From: a bacterium
GTDB lineage: Bacteria; Margulisbacteria; WOR-1; O2-12-FULL-45-9; XYB2-FULL-48-7
DNA length: 64,000 nt
Reading direction: 5' to 3'
Assembly (NCBI GenBank): GCA_043812655.1
Contig: JBDRLW010000044.1
Location: forward strand, 1-64,000
Position numbers and translations under genes: made by a program. Shown here in pieces: positions 40,788 through 50,603 of the stretch. The notes under the pieces were generated by a model that saw only the letters and a list, made by a program, of their open reading frames with translations, ran no database searches and had not been told where the DNA came from. Each line of letters opens with the position of its first letter. The stretch's first letter is position 1.

Positions 40788-41099
40788 ATGTACGCTGTAA
40801 TTGAAACTGGTGGTAAACAATATCTCGTCAACAAGGGTGAAACCATCGACGTTGAGCTTTTAGACGCCAAGGATAATTTCACTTTTGACAATATCCTCTT
40901 GGTCGCAGATGGTGAGGACGTTAAGATCGGCGCTCCTTATGTCGCCGGGGCAAAGGTAACAGCCAAGGTCTTGGGCGACAATAAAGATGATAAAGTCACC
41001 ACTTTTAAATATCGGCACAAAGTTAACTACCATCGGACCATTGGTCACCGGCAAAATTATACCCGGATACAGATCGAGGAGATAAAACATGGCGCATAA
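40788..41099 (+). CDS. rplU: 50S ribosomal protein L21
   Basis: [18 protein letters not shown]. Confidence 0.98.
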   Translation: MYAVIETGGKQYLVNKGETIDVELLDAKDNFTFDNILLVADGEDVKIGAPYVAGAKVTAKVLGDNKDDKVTTFKYRHKVNYHRTIGHRQNYTRIQIEEIKHGA

Positions 41100-41334
41100 A
41101 AAAGGGGGCGGCACCTCCCGTAACGGCCGCGATTCTAACGCCCAACGGCTCGGCGTCAAGGTTTTTGGCGGCCAAAAGATCTCGGCCGGCGGCATTATCA
41201 TCCGCCAAGTTGGCAGCCGGTTTTATCCCGGTAAAAATGCCGGTATCGGTTCAGACTTCACCATTTACGCTAAAGCAGACGGCGTGGTGGTGTTTGAACC
41301 AGGCAAAAAGATCAGCGTCCAGCCAGTCGCCTAA
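41089..41334 (+). CDS. rpmA: 50S ribosomal protein L27
   Basis: [21 protein letters not shown]. Confidence 0.98.
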   Translation: MAHKKGGGTSRNGRDSNAQRLGVKVFGGQKISAGGIIIRQVGSRFYPGKNAGIGSDFTIYAKADGVVVFEPGKKISVQPVA

Positions 41335-42095
41335 TGGCTAAAAAATCCTACAGCAAAATCGTCATCAAGATCGGTTCCAGCACTTTAACTACCCCCCAAG
41401 GTAATCTCGATCTTAGCAATCTTAAAAGAATAGCCTCCGAAGCCGCTAAATTAATTAAACAAAAAAAACAGGTTTTGATCGTGACTTCCGGCGCGGTTAT
41501 CACCGGCGCGCAAAAACTTAAGCTTGGTAAACCAAAAAATATCCCCGAAAAGCAGGCGGCCGCGGCCGTTGGACAATCAACCTTGGTACGCCAATACGAA
41601 AAAGCTTTTGAACGCTATGGGATCCATGTCGCCCAGGTCCTGCTGACCAAGGATTCTATTGCCGATCCTGAACGCTCGGTCAATACTAAGAACTGCATCG
41701 CCACCCTGCTGAACGAAAAAGTCGTCCCGATCGTCAACGAGAATGACGTTGTCGCCATCGATGAGATCAAGATCGGTGATAATGACAACTTAGCTGCCCT
41801 GACCGCCAGCTTGATCGGCGCCGACCTGTTGATAGTTTTAACCGATGTTGACGGCTTTTACCTTAATTCTTCGGTCGTCCCGGAGATCAGGGAGATCACC
41901 GCGGAGATCAAAGAAGCGGCCGGCAAGCCCGGCTCTGGAGTGGGGACCGGCGGCATGACGACCAAGGTCCAAGCGGCGGAAATTTGTTTTGCCAGCGGGA
42001 TCGATATGGCGATTGTTAACGGCCGCAAAAAAGGAGTTATTGCCGCGATCGCGACCGGCCAGAAAACTGGGACTTTATTCTGCCGGCTTAGCTAG
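41334..42095 (+). CDS. proB: Glutamate 5-kinase (no PUA domain)
   Basis: KIGSS, KQAAAAVGQ, NEND, GDNDNL, GTGGM.TK. Confidence 0.95.
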   Translation: MAKKSYSKIVIKIGSSTLTTPQGNLDLSNLKRIASEAAKLIKQKKQVLIVTSGAVITGAQKLKLGKPKNIPEKQAAAAVGQSTLVRQYEKAFERYGIHVAQVLLTKDSIADPERSVNTKNCIATLLNEKVVPIVNENDVVAIDEIKIGDNDNLAALTASLIGADLLIVLTDVDGFYLNSSVVPEIREITAEIKEAAGKPGSGVGTGGMTTKVQAAEICFASGIDMAIVNGRKKGVIAAIATGQKTGTLFCRLS

Positions 42096-42149
42096 CGACC
42101 TCCCTTGGTTTGTGGTAAAATCGATCATTAAATTTAGAAAGGGGTTTAT

Positions 42150-43496
42150 ATGAAATCTAAATGGCTTATACCTTCATTGTTCATTGTTTCATTGTTAATT
42201 GTGTCATCATCGTTAACAGGTTGCGCTCCAGCCAAGAAAGCCGGCAGCAAAAAGATCGTTGAAATGTGGGTCATGCCGAACTCGCTTAATCCGGTGACCG
42301 ACATCGAGGAGCTATTAAAACCTTTTGAGGAAAAGACCGGGATCAAAGTCAAGATCACTTCCGTCGACTGGGGAGCCGGTTGGAGCAAGATTACTACCGC
42401 CGCTACCTCGGGCGACGTCCCCGACATAGCCCAGCTCGGTTCAACCTGGGTTTCGGCTATCGCCGGCATGGGGGCGCTCGAAGTCCTTTCCAAAGAAGCG
42501 ATCGCGTCGCTTGGCGGCTCACAAGCCTTTGTTCCAGTTTCCTGGATAACTACCGGCATCGAGGGCTCCGGTAAAACCTCGGCCGTTCCCTGGTTTGTTG
42601 ATGCCAGGGGCCTATTTTACCGGACCGACGCTTTTGCCAAAGCCGGCGTCACCGATAAAGAATTCACTTGGGATTCTTTTAAGGTCGCTTTAAAGAAGGT
42701 CTACGCGGCCGATATCGTCCTTAATGACCAACCGATGGCTCCCCTTGGCATCTCCGGTAAAAATGATTGGAACGTTATCCACTCCCTCGCCCCCTGGATC
42801 TGGATGGCCGGCGGTGATTTTCTTTCTAAAGACCGTAAAACCTGCGTCCTCGACAGCGAAGAAGTTTTTAATGGCATCTCTTACTATCTAAGCCTGGTTA
42901 GAGAAGGCTATGTCCCGGCGGAATATTTAGAATTTAATACCGCCCAGGTTAGCGGTAATTTTAACAGCGGCGCTTGCGCCATGTATTTTGACGGGCCATA
43001 TGAGATCAGGACCCTAACCCGACCAGTCTCCGAAGGCGGCGCGGCGGATTCACCAGCCGCTAAAAACTTTGCTCTTATGGGTTATCCCAAAGGACCAAAG
43101 GGACGGATAACTTTTGTCGGTGGTTCAAGCTTAGCTATTTTCAAGCAAGCCAAGAACAAGGCGGCAGCGTTTGAAGTCATTAAATACTTAACTTCTATAA
43201 AACCGCAAGTTGAATATGCCAAAGCGACCGGCTTCTTGCCGGCCCGCAAAGAAGCTTTCTCTGATCCCTACTTTGCCAATGATCCGAACCGGAAAGTCTT
43301 TAAAGATGCTGTTTTCTACGGTAAAACTTACCCCTCCATCCCTACTTGGGGACTGCTTGAGCCAATTTTAACCAGACGGTTTGGGATAATGTGGGATTAT
43401 GTCACTTCTGGTAAAGAGTACAAACCAGAAGAAATTAGAAATCAGCTGAAATTAGCCAAAAAAGAAGTCGAATCAATATTGAACCAAAACAATTAA
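42150..43496 (+). CDS. Sugar ABC transporter substrate-binding lipoprotein
   Basis: Lipobox LTGC, PD....G.TW, PWFVD.R.LFY, GGS.L.I, TG.LP. Confidence 0.88.
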   Translation: MKSKWLIPSLFIVSLLIVSSSLTGCAPAKKAGSKKIVEMWVMPNSLNPVTDIEELLKPFEEKTGIKVKITSVDWGAGWSKITTAATSGDVPDIAQLGSTWVSAIAGMGALEVLSKEAIASLGGSQAFVPVSWITTGIEGSGKTSAVPWFVDARGLFYRTDAFAKAGVTDKEFTWDSFKVALKKVYAADIVLNDQPMAPLGISGKNDWNVIHSLAPWIWMAGGDFLSKDRKTCVLDSEEVFNGISYYLSLVREGYVPAEYLEFNTAQVSGNFNSGACAMYFDGPYEIRTLTRPVSEGGAADSPAAKNFALMGYPKGPKGRITFVGGSSLAIFKQAKNKAAAFEVIKYLTSIKPQVEYAKATGFLPARKEAFSDPYFANDPNRKVFKDAVFYGKTYPSIPTWGLLEPILTRRFGIMWDYVTSGKEYKPEEIRNQLKLAKKEVESILNQNN

Positions 43497-43499
43497 TAT

Positions 43500-45329
43500 A
43501 TGTGCGGCATTTTTGGTTATATCGGGGCTAAAGAGGCCCTCCCCTTCCTCATGGAAGGGTTAAAGAAGCTTGAGTATCGCGGTTATGATTCAGCCGGCGT
43601 TGCTACGATTAATGGGGGAGCCCTTTTAGTCAGTAAATGCGTCGGGAAGATCGCTGACTTAGAGATCTGTACCACCGAAAACCCCATTAAAGGGAGCGTC
43701 GGTGTTGGTCATACCAGATGGGCAACCCACGGCCAACCATCGCACAAAAATTCCCATCCTCATGAAGATTGCAGATCAAAACTCGTTGTTGTCCATAATG
43801 GTATAATCGAGAATTATTTAGAACTTAGGCAAGAACTTATTGCCAGAGGGCACAATTTCCGCTCCGATACAGACACCGAGGTCTTAGCCCATCTAATCGA
43901 GGAAAAATATAACGGGAATTTACTTTCCGCGGTCAGGGAAGCCCTTCTAATGGTTCGGGGTTCATATGCCCTAGCCGTTATTTCCGAGCATGAACCAAAC
44001 AAGATCGTCGCCGCCAGGTTTGGCAGTCCGCTGATCGTGGGACACGGTGACGAAGAAAATTTCTTATCTTCCGATATACCCGCCCTTCTTAAATATACCA
44101 GCAAGATCACCCACCTGGAAAACGGGGAAATGGCGGAAATTACTCCGGAAAGGACCAAGATTTACGGCCTCTCCGGCAAGTTGACTAAGAAAAAATCTTC
44201 TCTTATTTCCTGGGATCCGGAATCGGCGGAAAAAGGGGGCTACACCCACTTTATGCTCAAGGAGATCCACGAGCAACCGAGCGCCATCCGCAAAACGATC
44301 GATGGCCGCGTCTCGGCCGCCAGCCATAAGATCCATTTTGATGAATTAAAGCTGACCGACGAAGAGATCAAGAAAGTTAATCGCGTTATTTTTACCGCTT
44401 GCGGGACTTCTTGGCACGCCGGGCTTGTTGGCGAATACCTATTTGAACAATTAGCCAAACTCCCGACCGAAGTAGAATACGCCGCTGAATTCCGTTACCG
44501 CAATCCGATCATTGATGAAAATACTTTGGTCATCGCAATTACCCAATCGGGCGAAACGGCCGATACGCTGGCCGCGGTCTGGGAAGCCAAGGAACGGGGA
44601 GCCAAAACGATCGCCATTTGCAACGTGGTCGGCTCAACTATCGCCAGGGAAGCCGACGGCGTCGTCTACACTAATGCCGGCCCGGAGATCGGGGTCGCTT
44701 CAACCAAAGCTTTTACGACCCAGTTAACGGTTATTTATCTTCTCGCTATACTTTTTGGCAAAAGGCGGGAACTGATCAGCGAAACAGAATCATTAAAATA
44801 CATCAGCGACTTAATTGAGATCCCGGAGAAGATCGAACAAACGCTGGAACAGGAAAAAGAGGTCGAGAAAGTCGCTGAAAAATTCTATGGCGTAAGCAAT
44901 GCCTTGTATCTGGGCCGCGGCAAAGGCTTCCCGATCGCCCTGGAAGGGGCCTTAAAGTTAAAGGAAGTCTCTTATATCCATGCCGAAGGTTATCCCGCCG
45001 CTGAAATGAAGCATGGGCCGATCGCCCTGATCGACAAGAACATGCCGGTTGTCGTTCTAGCCTTTTCCGGCCGCCGTTACGAAAAGACTTTGGGAAACAT
45101 TGAAGAAGTTAAGGCTCGAGGCGGCCAGGTGATCGCCGTCGCCACTCAAGGCGATACTTTGATCGCCAGCCGGGCGGACAATGTCCTCTCTATACCTTCA
45201 ACCTCTGAAGCCCTCTCCCCCTTGCTGGCCGTCATCCCACTCCAGCTCCTGGCCTACTACATCGCCGTCAAACGCGGTTGTCACGTCGACCAACCCCGCA
45301 ACCTCGCTAAAAGCGTTACTGTCGAATAA
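43500..45329 (+). CDS. glmS: Glutamine--fructose-6-phosphate aminotransferase
   Basis: MCGI, HTRWATHG, QSGETADT, PRNLAKSVTVE. Confidence 0.99.
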   Translation: MCGIFGYIGAKEALPFLMEGLKKLEYRGYDSAGVATINGGALLVSKCVGKIADLEICTTENPIKGSVGVGHTRWATHGQPSHKNSHPHEDCRSKLVVVHNGIIENYLELRQELIARGHNFRSDTDTEVLAHLIEEKYNGNLLSAVREALLMVRGSYALAVISEHEPNKIVAARFGSPLIVGHGDEENFLSSDIPALLKYTSKITHLENGEMAEITPERTKIYGLSGKLTKKKSSLISWDPESAEKGGYTHFMLKEIHEQPSAIRKTIDGRVSAASHKIHFDELKLTDEEIKKVNRVIFTACGTSWHAGLVGEYLFEQLAKLPTEVEYAAEFRYRNPIIDENTLVIAITQSGETADTLAAVWEAKERGAKTIAICNVVGSTIAREADGVVYTNAGPEIGVASTKAFTTQLTVIYLLAILFGKRRELISETESLKYISDLIEIPEKIEQTLEQEKEVEKVAEKFYGVSNALYLGRGKGFPIALEGALKLKEVSYIHAEGYPAAEMKHGPIALIDKNMPVVVLAFSGRRYEKTLGNIEEVKARGGQVIAVATQGDTLIASRADNVLSIPSTSEALSPLLAVIPLQLLAYYIAVKRGCHVDQPRNLAKSVTVE

Positions 45330-45351
45330 TTATTGGTGATATAATATCTTC

Positions 45352-48300
45352 ATGCAGAAGCCTAAATACTATCTATCAAAAACCGGCGATTTTGTCATTG
45401 AGAACTACAATCATGCACCGACCTTTTCCAGCTTCTTTTCCGGCATTGCCGGCGTCTACGGCTGTCCAATGTGGATCTTTTATACTAACCGCGGGCAATG
45501 CATCGCCTCGGCCGGGATCCAGGACAAAGATGGGGCGATCATCGAGTTCCAGCCGGCGAATAAAGCTTACCGCGGGGTCTCTCTAACTGGCTTTCGTACT
45601 TTTCTCAAGGTTGACGGCGTCTTTTATGAGCCATTCAATGAAACCTCCCTTTATCACAAAGAAATGAAGATCTCTTTCCCTGACTTAAAGATCATCGAAA
45701 CCAACCCAAAATTAAAGATCAAGGTCGAAGTCACCTACTTCACCATTCCCAATGCCTCTTTCCCTGCCCTGGCCAGGGTCTTAAAGGTCACCAATTTATC
45801 GACCAAGAAAAGACAGATCGAGGTAATAGACGGCCTCCCCGTCATTATCCCTTATGGTTTCAGCAATGACCTATTAAAACGGATCAGCCAGACGATCGAA
45901 GCCTGGTGCGCGGTGGAAAACATTGAGAACAATGCGCCTTTCTATCGTTTAAAGATCATGCCTGTCGACGCCGCGGAAACCAAGTTCCTGGAAAAAGGCA
46001 ATTTTTTCTTCTCCTTTGCCCGGCAAGACCAGCAACAACAGCCGGTCAAGATCATCATTAACCCGGCGCTGGTTTTTGGCGAAAATTCCAGCCTGGAATC
46101 GCCCGATAGCTTTGTGCATAACAAAAACTATAAAGTAGCCTCTAACCAGCTGACCTGCGGTTACACCCCCTGCGCTTTTGCCTTTAAAAAGTTTGAGCTG
46201 GATAAAAATGAGCCAGCGGAGATATTTTCCCTGCTAGGACAGGCAGAGAGCCTGCAAAAGCTGGAAAATATTAAAAAACAAGCTTCCGAGCCGCGATTTT
46301 TTGAAACCAAACACGCGGAAAACGAAAAATTGATCAGCGACCTATGTTCTTTTGCCAAGACAAACAGCGCCTCGAAAAAATTCGATCTTTACACCCAACA
46401 AACTTTTATTGATAATACCATGCGCGGCGGTTTCCCGATCAATATCGGGAGCAAGGTTTTTTATACTTATTACCGCAAGCATGGCGACATGGAGCGCGAT
46501 TACAACGAATTCCGGTTAATGCCGACTTATTTCTCGCAGGGGAACGGGAATTACCGCGATATTAACCAGAACCGCCGCAACGATATTTTTACCAATCCGA
46601 ACGTCAATTCCAGTAATATCCACCGCTTCTTTAATTTGCTCCAACTGGACGGTTTTAATCCCTTGGTCGTTTTTGGGAGCAAATATTATTTAGCTTCGCT
46701 GGATAAAGCCCAGGCTATTACCAATAAACATTTTCATTTTTCCTCCCCCCAACAAACTAACCAACTAACCAACAAACTAACTAATCCCTTCGTTCTAGGG
46801 CAATTATTGAAAGAATTAGAAGACTCTGGCGTCACTTTTAAGGCTTCGCGCGAAGACTTTGTCACCGACCTGATCGAAAATTCGATCAAAGACGAAGGGG
46901 CGATTCACGGTGAAGGTTTTTGGACCGACCATTTCACTTATAATCTCGACCTACTGGAAAGTTATGAGGCGGTTTTCCCGGATAAAATAAACTACCTCCT
47001 TTTCCAGGAAAAAACTTTTACTTTTTTTGACAATAGCTTCATCGTTCTCCCCAGAAAAACCAAATACCACCAGGTCAACGGCCATCTGCGCCAATTGGAA
47101 GGGGTTAAAGAAGACGCGGAAAAAAGGAAGCTTATTGAAGGCCGAAAACAAAATGCTCATCTTGTCCGGACAGACCAAGGCAATGGTAAAGTCTACTATA
47201 CGACGCTGGCCGCTAAACTGCTCTGTTTGATCGCCAATAAAGCTTGTTCCTTTGATGCCGAAGGGATCGGGATCGAAATGGAGGCCGACAAGCCCAATTG
47301 GTATGATGCTTTGAACGGTCTTCCCGCCCTCTTTGGCTCTTCCCTGTCGGAAACGCTTGAGCTAAAAAGGCTTTGCCTCTATCTGCTGGAACGCCTGGCC
47401 GGGGATACAAAGATACTTTTAGCGACAGAAATTAAAGCTTTTATTGATAAGATCAGCGGCCATTTAGATAATTGGGAAGCCGCCCACCAAAGCAAAGAAA
47501 CTTTTAGGGAACAAATTAAATTCGGCGTTAGCGGAAAAGAAGAGTTTGTTGATGTGAAGTTCATTAGGAGCTTTGTCACCCGAGCTTTGGAAAAGTGCGA
47601 CAACGGCATTAAGAAATGTTTAAGCCGATACAATAATTATTACACCTATTTTATTAACGAAGCGGTCGAGTTTGAAAAGACCGCAGACGGGGTCATCGTT
47701 AAAAAGTTCACGCAAAAACCGCTCCCTCTTTTTCTGGAGGGGTTCGTCCACGCCTTAAAGGTCGAAAAGGATAAAAAGATCCATCAAGTAGTTAAAAACA
47801 GCCCTCTCTATGACCGCAAACTTAAAATGTATAAGGTCAACGCGCCGCTCGATTCCGCTCCGCTGGAGATCGGCCGGGCCCGGATCTTTGTTCCCGGCTG
47901 GTTGGAGAATGAATCGATCTGGCTCCATATGGAATATAAATATATGCTGGAGTTGTTGAAGGCCGGCATGTATAAAGAATTTTTTGAGGGGTTCAAACAG
48001 GTCTTTGTCCCCTTTATGGACCCTAAGGTCTATAAACGGAGTATTTTTGAAAACTCATCTTTTATCGTTAGCAGCGCCAATCCAAATAAAGGCAACCACG
48101 GGCGGGGCTTTGTCGCCCGGCTTTCCGGCGGCGCGGCCGAGTTCATCGATATCTGGCTAATTTTGACCTCCGGCAAAAAGATCTTTTACCTTGATGCCAG
48201 CGGAAAACTTTGTTTTAAATTATCACCCAGCCTCCCCACCTGGCTCTTTAAGAACGGTAAGTTCAGCTTTAATTTATTGGGAGCGATCGAGGTAGTATAT

Positions 48301-48468
48301 ATTAACAAGAAAAAGAAGAATACTTTTGACGGCGGTGTTGTTCCCGTCGCTTATAAGCTAACCATTGATGGTAAAGAGGTCGACATTAATTCCCCGTATA
48401 TCTGTGAGCCATACTCCCGGCTGATCCGCGAGAAAAAAGTCCAAAGAATCGTCGTTACACTTTCTTAG
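45352..48468 (+). CDS. Large glycoside phosphorylase, GH161-like (beta-1,3-glucan phosphorylase)
   Basis: FSSF..GIAG..G.PMW.FY.NRGQ, RKHGD.ERDYN, SQGNGNYRD.NQNRR, W.DALNGLP, ENESIWLHM; recognised from memory. Confidence 0.75.
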   Translation: MQKPKYYLSKTGDFVIENYNHAPTFSSFFSGIAGVYGCPMWIFYTNRGQCIASAGIQDKDGAIIEFQPANKAYRGVSLTGFRTFLKVDGVFYEPFNETSLYHKEMKISFPDLKIIETNPKLKIKVEVTYFTIPNASFPALARVLKVTNLSTKKRQIEVIDGLPVIIPYGFSNDLLKRISQTIEAWCAVENIENNAPFYRLKIMPVDAAETKFLEKGNFFFSFARQDQQQQPVKIIINPALVFGENSSLESPDSFVHNKNYKVASNQLTCGYTPCAFAFKKFELDKNEPAEIFSLLGQAESLQKLENIKKQASEPRFFETKHAENEKLISDLCSFAKTNSASKKFDLYTQQTFIDNTMRGGFPINIGSKVFYTYYRKHGDMERDYNEFRLMPTYFSQGNGNYRDINQNRRNDIFTNPNVNSSNIHRFFNLLQLDGFNPLVVFGSKYYLASLDKAQAITNKHFHFSSPQQTNQLTNKLTNPFVLGQLLKELEDSGVTFKASREDFVTDLIENSIKDEGAIHGEGFWTDHFTYNLDLLESYEAVFPDKINYLLFQEKTFTFFDNSFIVLPRKTKYHQVNGHLRQLEGVKEDAEKRKLIEGRKQNAHLVRTDQGNGKVYYTTLAAKLLCLIANKACSFDAEGIGIEMEADKPNWYDALNGLPALFGSSLSETLELKRLCLYLLERLAGDTKILLATEIKAFIDKISGHLDNWEAAHQSKETFREQIKFGVSGKEEFVDVKFIRSFVTRALEKCDNGIKKCLSRYNNYYTYFINEAVEFEKTADGVIVKKFTQKPLPLFLEGFVHALKVEKDKKIHQVVKNSPLYDRKLKMYKVNAPLDSAPLEIGRARIFVPGWLENESIWLHMEYKYMLELLKAGMYKEFFEGFKQVFVPFMDPKVYKRSIFENSSFIVSSANPNKGNHGRGFVARLSGGAAEFIDIWLILTSGKKIFYLDASGKLCFKLSPSLPTWLFKNGKFSFNLLGAIEVVYINKKKKNTFDGGVVPVAYKLTIDGKEVDINSPYICEPYSRLIREKKVQRIVVTLS
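46749..46784 (+). repeat. CTAACCAA-type 4/8-nt tandem tract in frame
   Basis: ccaacaaactaaccaactaaccaacaaactaactaa; related tract at 58537-58564. Confidence 0.75.
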
Positions 48469-48490
48469 CTTCTTTTGCTATAATTACGGC

Positions 48491-50254
48491 ATGATCCCTT
48501 TTGGAGTAACCTATTATCCTGACCAGTGGCCGGAAAAGACCTGGGATAACACATTCCGGCAGATCAAAGAAGCCGGTCTTAATATTATCCGCTTTAATGA
48601 AATGGCTTGGGACCAGATCGAACCCGAGCCAGGGAAATATAGCTTTGCCGCCCTTGACCATGCCCTCGACCTCTGCCAAAAACACGAAATTAAAGTCTTG
48701 CTTGGCATCCCAACGTCTCAAGTGCCCCCGTGGTTCTATCGTCTTTATCCGAATAGCCGGCCGGTCACCCAAGATGGCGCCCTTTACCCTGAATTTGGAC
48801 CACGGCCGAATGTTTGCAAAGATAATACAGCTTACCGAAAACACGCCGAAAAACTAACTAAAGAAATTGTTTCTCGATATAAAAATCATCCAGCGCTTTT
48901 ATACTGGCAGGTCGATAATGAGCCGGTCTACCCGCCGCTTGACCACACGACCAGCAACGATTATTGCCATTGTGAAGAGACCAGGCAGGCTTTTATCGCC
49001 TGGGCTAAGAAGAAATATGGGACGCTTGATAAAATAAACGAGGTTTGGGGGAATAAGTTTTGGACTAATACCCTCTCTTCTTTTGATGACATTAGAACTC
49101 CCAAGGCTGGCATTTGGGAAGCGGTTTCCCCCCACATTTTTCTGGACTGGTTCCGGTTTAAAACTGACAGCATTAAAAACTGGATCGGCCATTTGGCTAA
49201 TATTGTTAGAGATATCGATCCAAACCATAAGGTCGGCACCAATGGCTTCGTCGGTATTTGCACCCGGGTCCCTGATCATAGTATTGTGGCCGGCGATCTT
49301 GATTGGTATGGACTGGATGTCTATCCCAAAGGCGGTAAGATGAGCCCAGAGGCCTTGGCCTTTACGCTCGATCTCTGGCGCAGTTTCACTCGCGGGAAAA
49401 AAGCCGAATTCCATGTCACTGAAATGCAAGGCGGCCAAAATGTCCGCTGGGGCTGCCCCGATTATGTTGAAGGACCAGAAATAAAAGGCTGGACCACTGC
49501 CGCTTTCGAGCATGGCGCCCAAGCTCTTCTCTATCACGCCTGGCGCCCTCCCCTTTTCGGCGCCGAAACCGGCGGCTTCGGCATCCTCAAAACCGATGGC
49601 TCTTCTACTAAGCGACTTGAAACGATTAAAGCACTTGCGAAACAAACTCCGAACTCCCAACTCCGAACTCCCAACTCTTCTCGCACCGCCATAGCGTACC
49701 TCCGCACCGCCGAAGTCCAAACCTACCAAGAACAAGGGCCAGCCCGGGGGATCTCCGGCCAATGGGAAGCGGTCAGGAGTGAGATTGGCTTGATGTATGG
49801 TCTCTTTTCGGTCAATGGCGCTTATTCTCTCGTCTACAAGAAAGGCCAGCTGATCGATTTTATTTTCGAGCAAGATCTGGAGATCGGGAACTTTGACTAT
49901 AAAACTCTCCTACTCCCCAACCCCTACACCCTATCTCTCTCTCAATATAAAAATCTAAAATCTTTTGTCGAAAACGGCGGTACGTTAATTACCGACGCCA
50001 GGTTCGGTCAAAAAACCGAAAACGCGCACCTTTATCTAAAGCCGCTAATTGAAGATCTGCTTGGTGTTACTTATGACCATGGTGAAGTCATTAAAGAAGG
50101 TTTCCTTGACATCATTAAAGGCTATACCAAAAAACCTCAGCTCATTACCAAAAAAGTAGGCAAGGGAAAAGTCGTTTATGCTAACTTTAGTCTATTCCTC
50201 GCCATTAACCAAGGCAGTAAAAAGTGGTTAACTGCGGTAAAAAAGTATCTGTAA
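48491..50254 (+). CDS. GH42-like beta-galactosidase family glycoside hydrolase
   Basis: YYPDQW, W..IEP.PG.Y.F, WQVDNEP (acid/base), TEMQ (nucleophile), trimerisation-like domain. Confidence 0.82.
   Translation: MIPFGVTYYPDQWPEKTWDNTFRQIKEAGLNIIRFNEMAWDQIEPEPGKYSFAALDHALDLCQKHEIKVLLGIPTSQVPPWFYRLYPNSRPVTQDGALYPEFGPRPNVCKDNTAYRKHAEKLTKEIVSRYKNHPALLYWQVDNEPVYPPLDHTTSNDYCHCEETRQAFIAWAKKKYGTLDKINEVWGNKFWTNTLSSFDDIRTPKAGIWEAVSPHIFLDWFRFKTDSIKNWIGHLANIVRDIDPNHKVGTNGFVGICTRVPDHSIVAGDLDWYGLDVYPKGGKMSPEALAFTLDLWRSFTRGKKAEFHVTEMQGGQNVRWGCPDYVEGPEIKGWTTAAFEHGAQALLYHAWRPPLFGAETGGFGILKTDGSSTKRLETIKALAKQTPNSQLRTPNSSRTAIAYLRTAEVQTYQEQGPARGISGQWEAVRSEIGLMYGLFSVNGAYSLVYKKGQLIDFIFEQDLEIGNFDYKTLLLPNPYTLSLSQYKNLKSFVENGGTLITDARFGQKTENAHLYLKPLIEDLLGVTYDHGEVIKEGFLDIIKGYTKKPQLITKKVGKGKVVYANFSLFLAINQGSKKWLTAVKKYL
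49644..49678 (+). repeat. Heptamer tract (NAACTCC)x5 in the GH42 gene
   Basis: aaactcc gaactcc caactcc gaactcc caactct. Confidence 0.9.
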
Positions 50255-50421
50255 TTTTCTGGGTCGGAAGTCAATTGGTTGAGCGACTGGAATTGTCTAA
50301 AGTCGATGGTTATTGGTCTATCGACAACCCACTAACTACCTTTCTAGCTGCCCAACCCATCAACCTATCTCCTAAGACAAAAGAAATAAGAAGAAAATAT
50401 TTCCAACAAAAAACCTCCGAA

Positions 50422-50449
50422 CCCCGATGCTCACTTCGTTCGATCGGGG
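50422..50449. repeat. CCCCGAT..ATCGGGG REP-like hairpin
   Basis: ccccgatgctcacttcgttcgatcgggg. Confidence 0.5.
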
Positions 50450-50470
50450 CAAGCAGGCTTGGACAGATAA

Positions 50471-50500
50471 CAAAAAACCCTTGAACAGGCTCAAGGGTTT
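50471..50500 (-). terminator. Intrinsic terminator (T run on minus strand, possibly bidirectional)
   Basis: aaacccttga/tcaagggttt stem. Confidence 0.75.
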
Positions 50501-50549
50501 AGTTGTCTCGACAATCTTGGTGAAAGGTATGGTCTTCTCTTCCATATAT

Positions 50550-50577
50550 ATATCGGCTCATTTTGGAGAAAATTTCA
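50550..50577 (-). promoter_or_regulatory. Putative alternative-sigma promoter
   Basis: Minus strand TGAAAT-N16-CGATAT with a full GCCGATAT. Confidence 0.6.
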
Positions 50578-50603
50578 CTCTTTTTTAGAACCCTCTTAGG
50601 TTA

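Noticed and set aside
43490..43500. glmS ribozyme, and likewise T-boxes for ileS/leuS/trpB and an SAH riboswitch for ahcY
   Set aside because: The leaders are far too short (3 nt before glmS) and no motifs were seen.
50372..50545. 57-codon minus-strand ORF
   Set aside because: Its ATG lies immediately after the putative -10 box with no SD, and the frame runs through a terminator and a REP hairpin.
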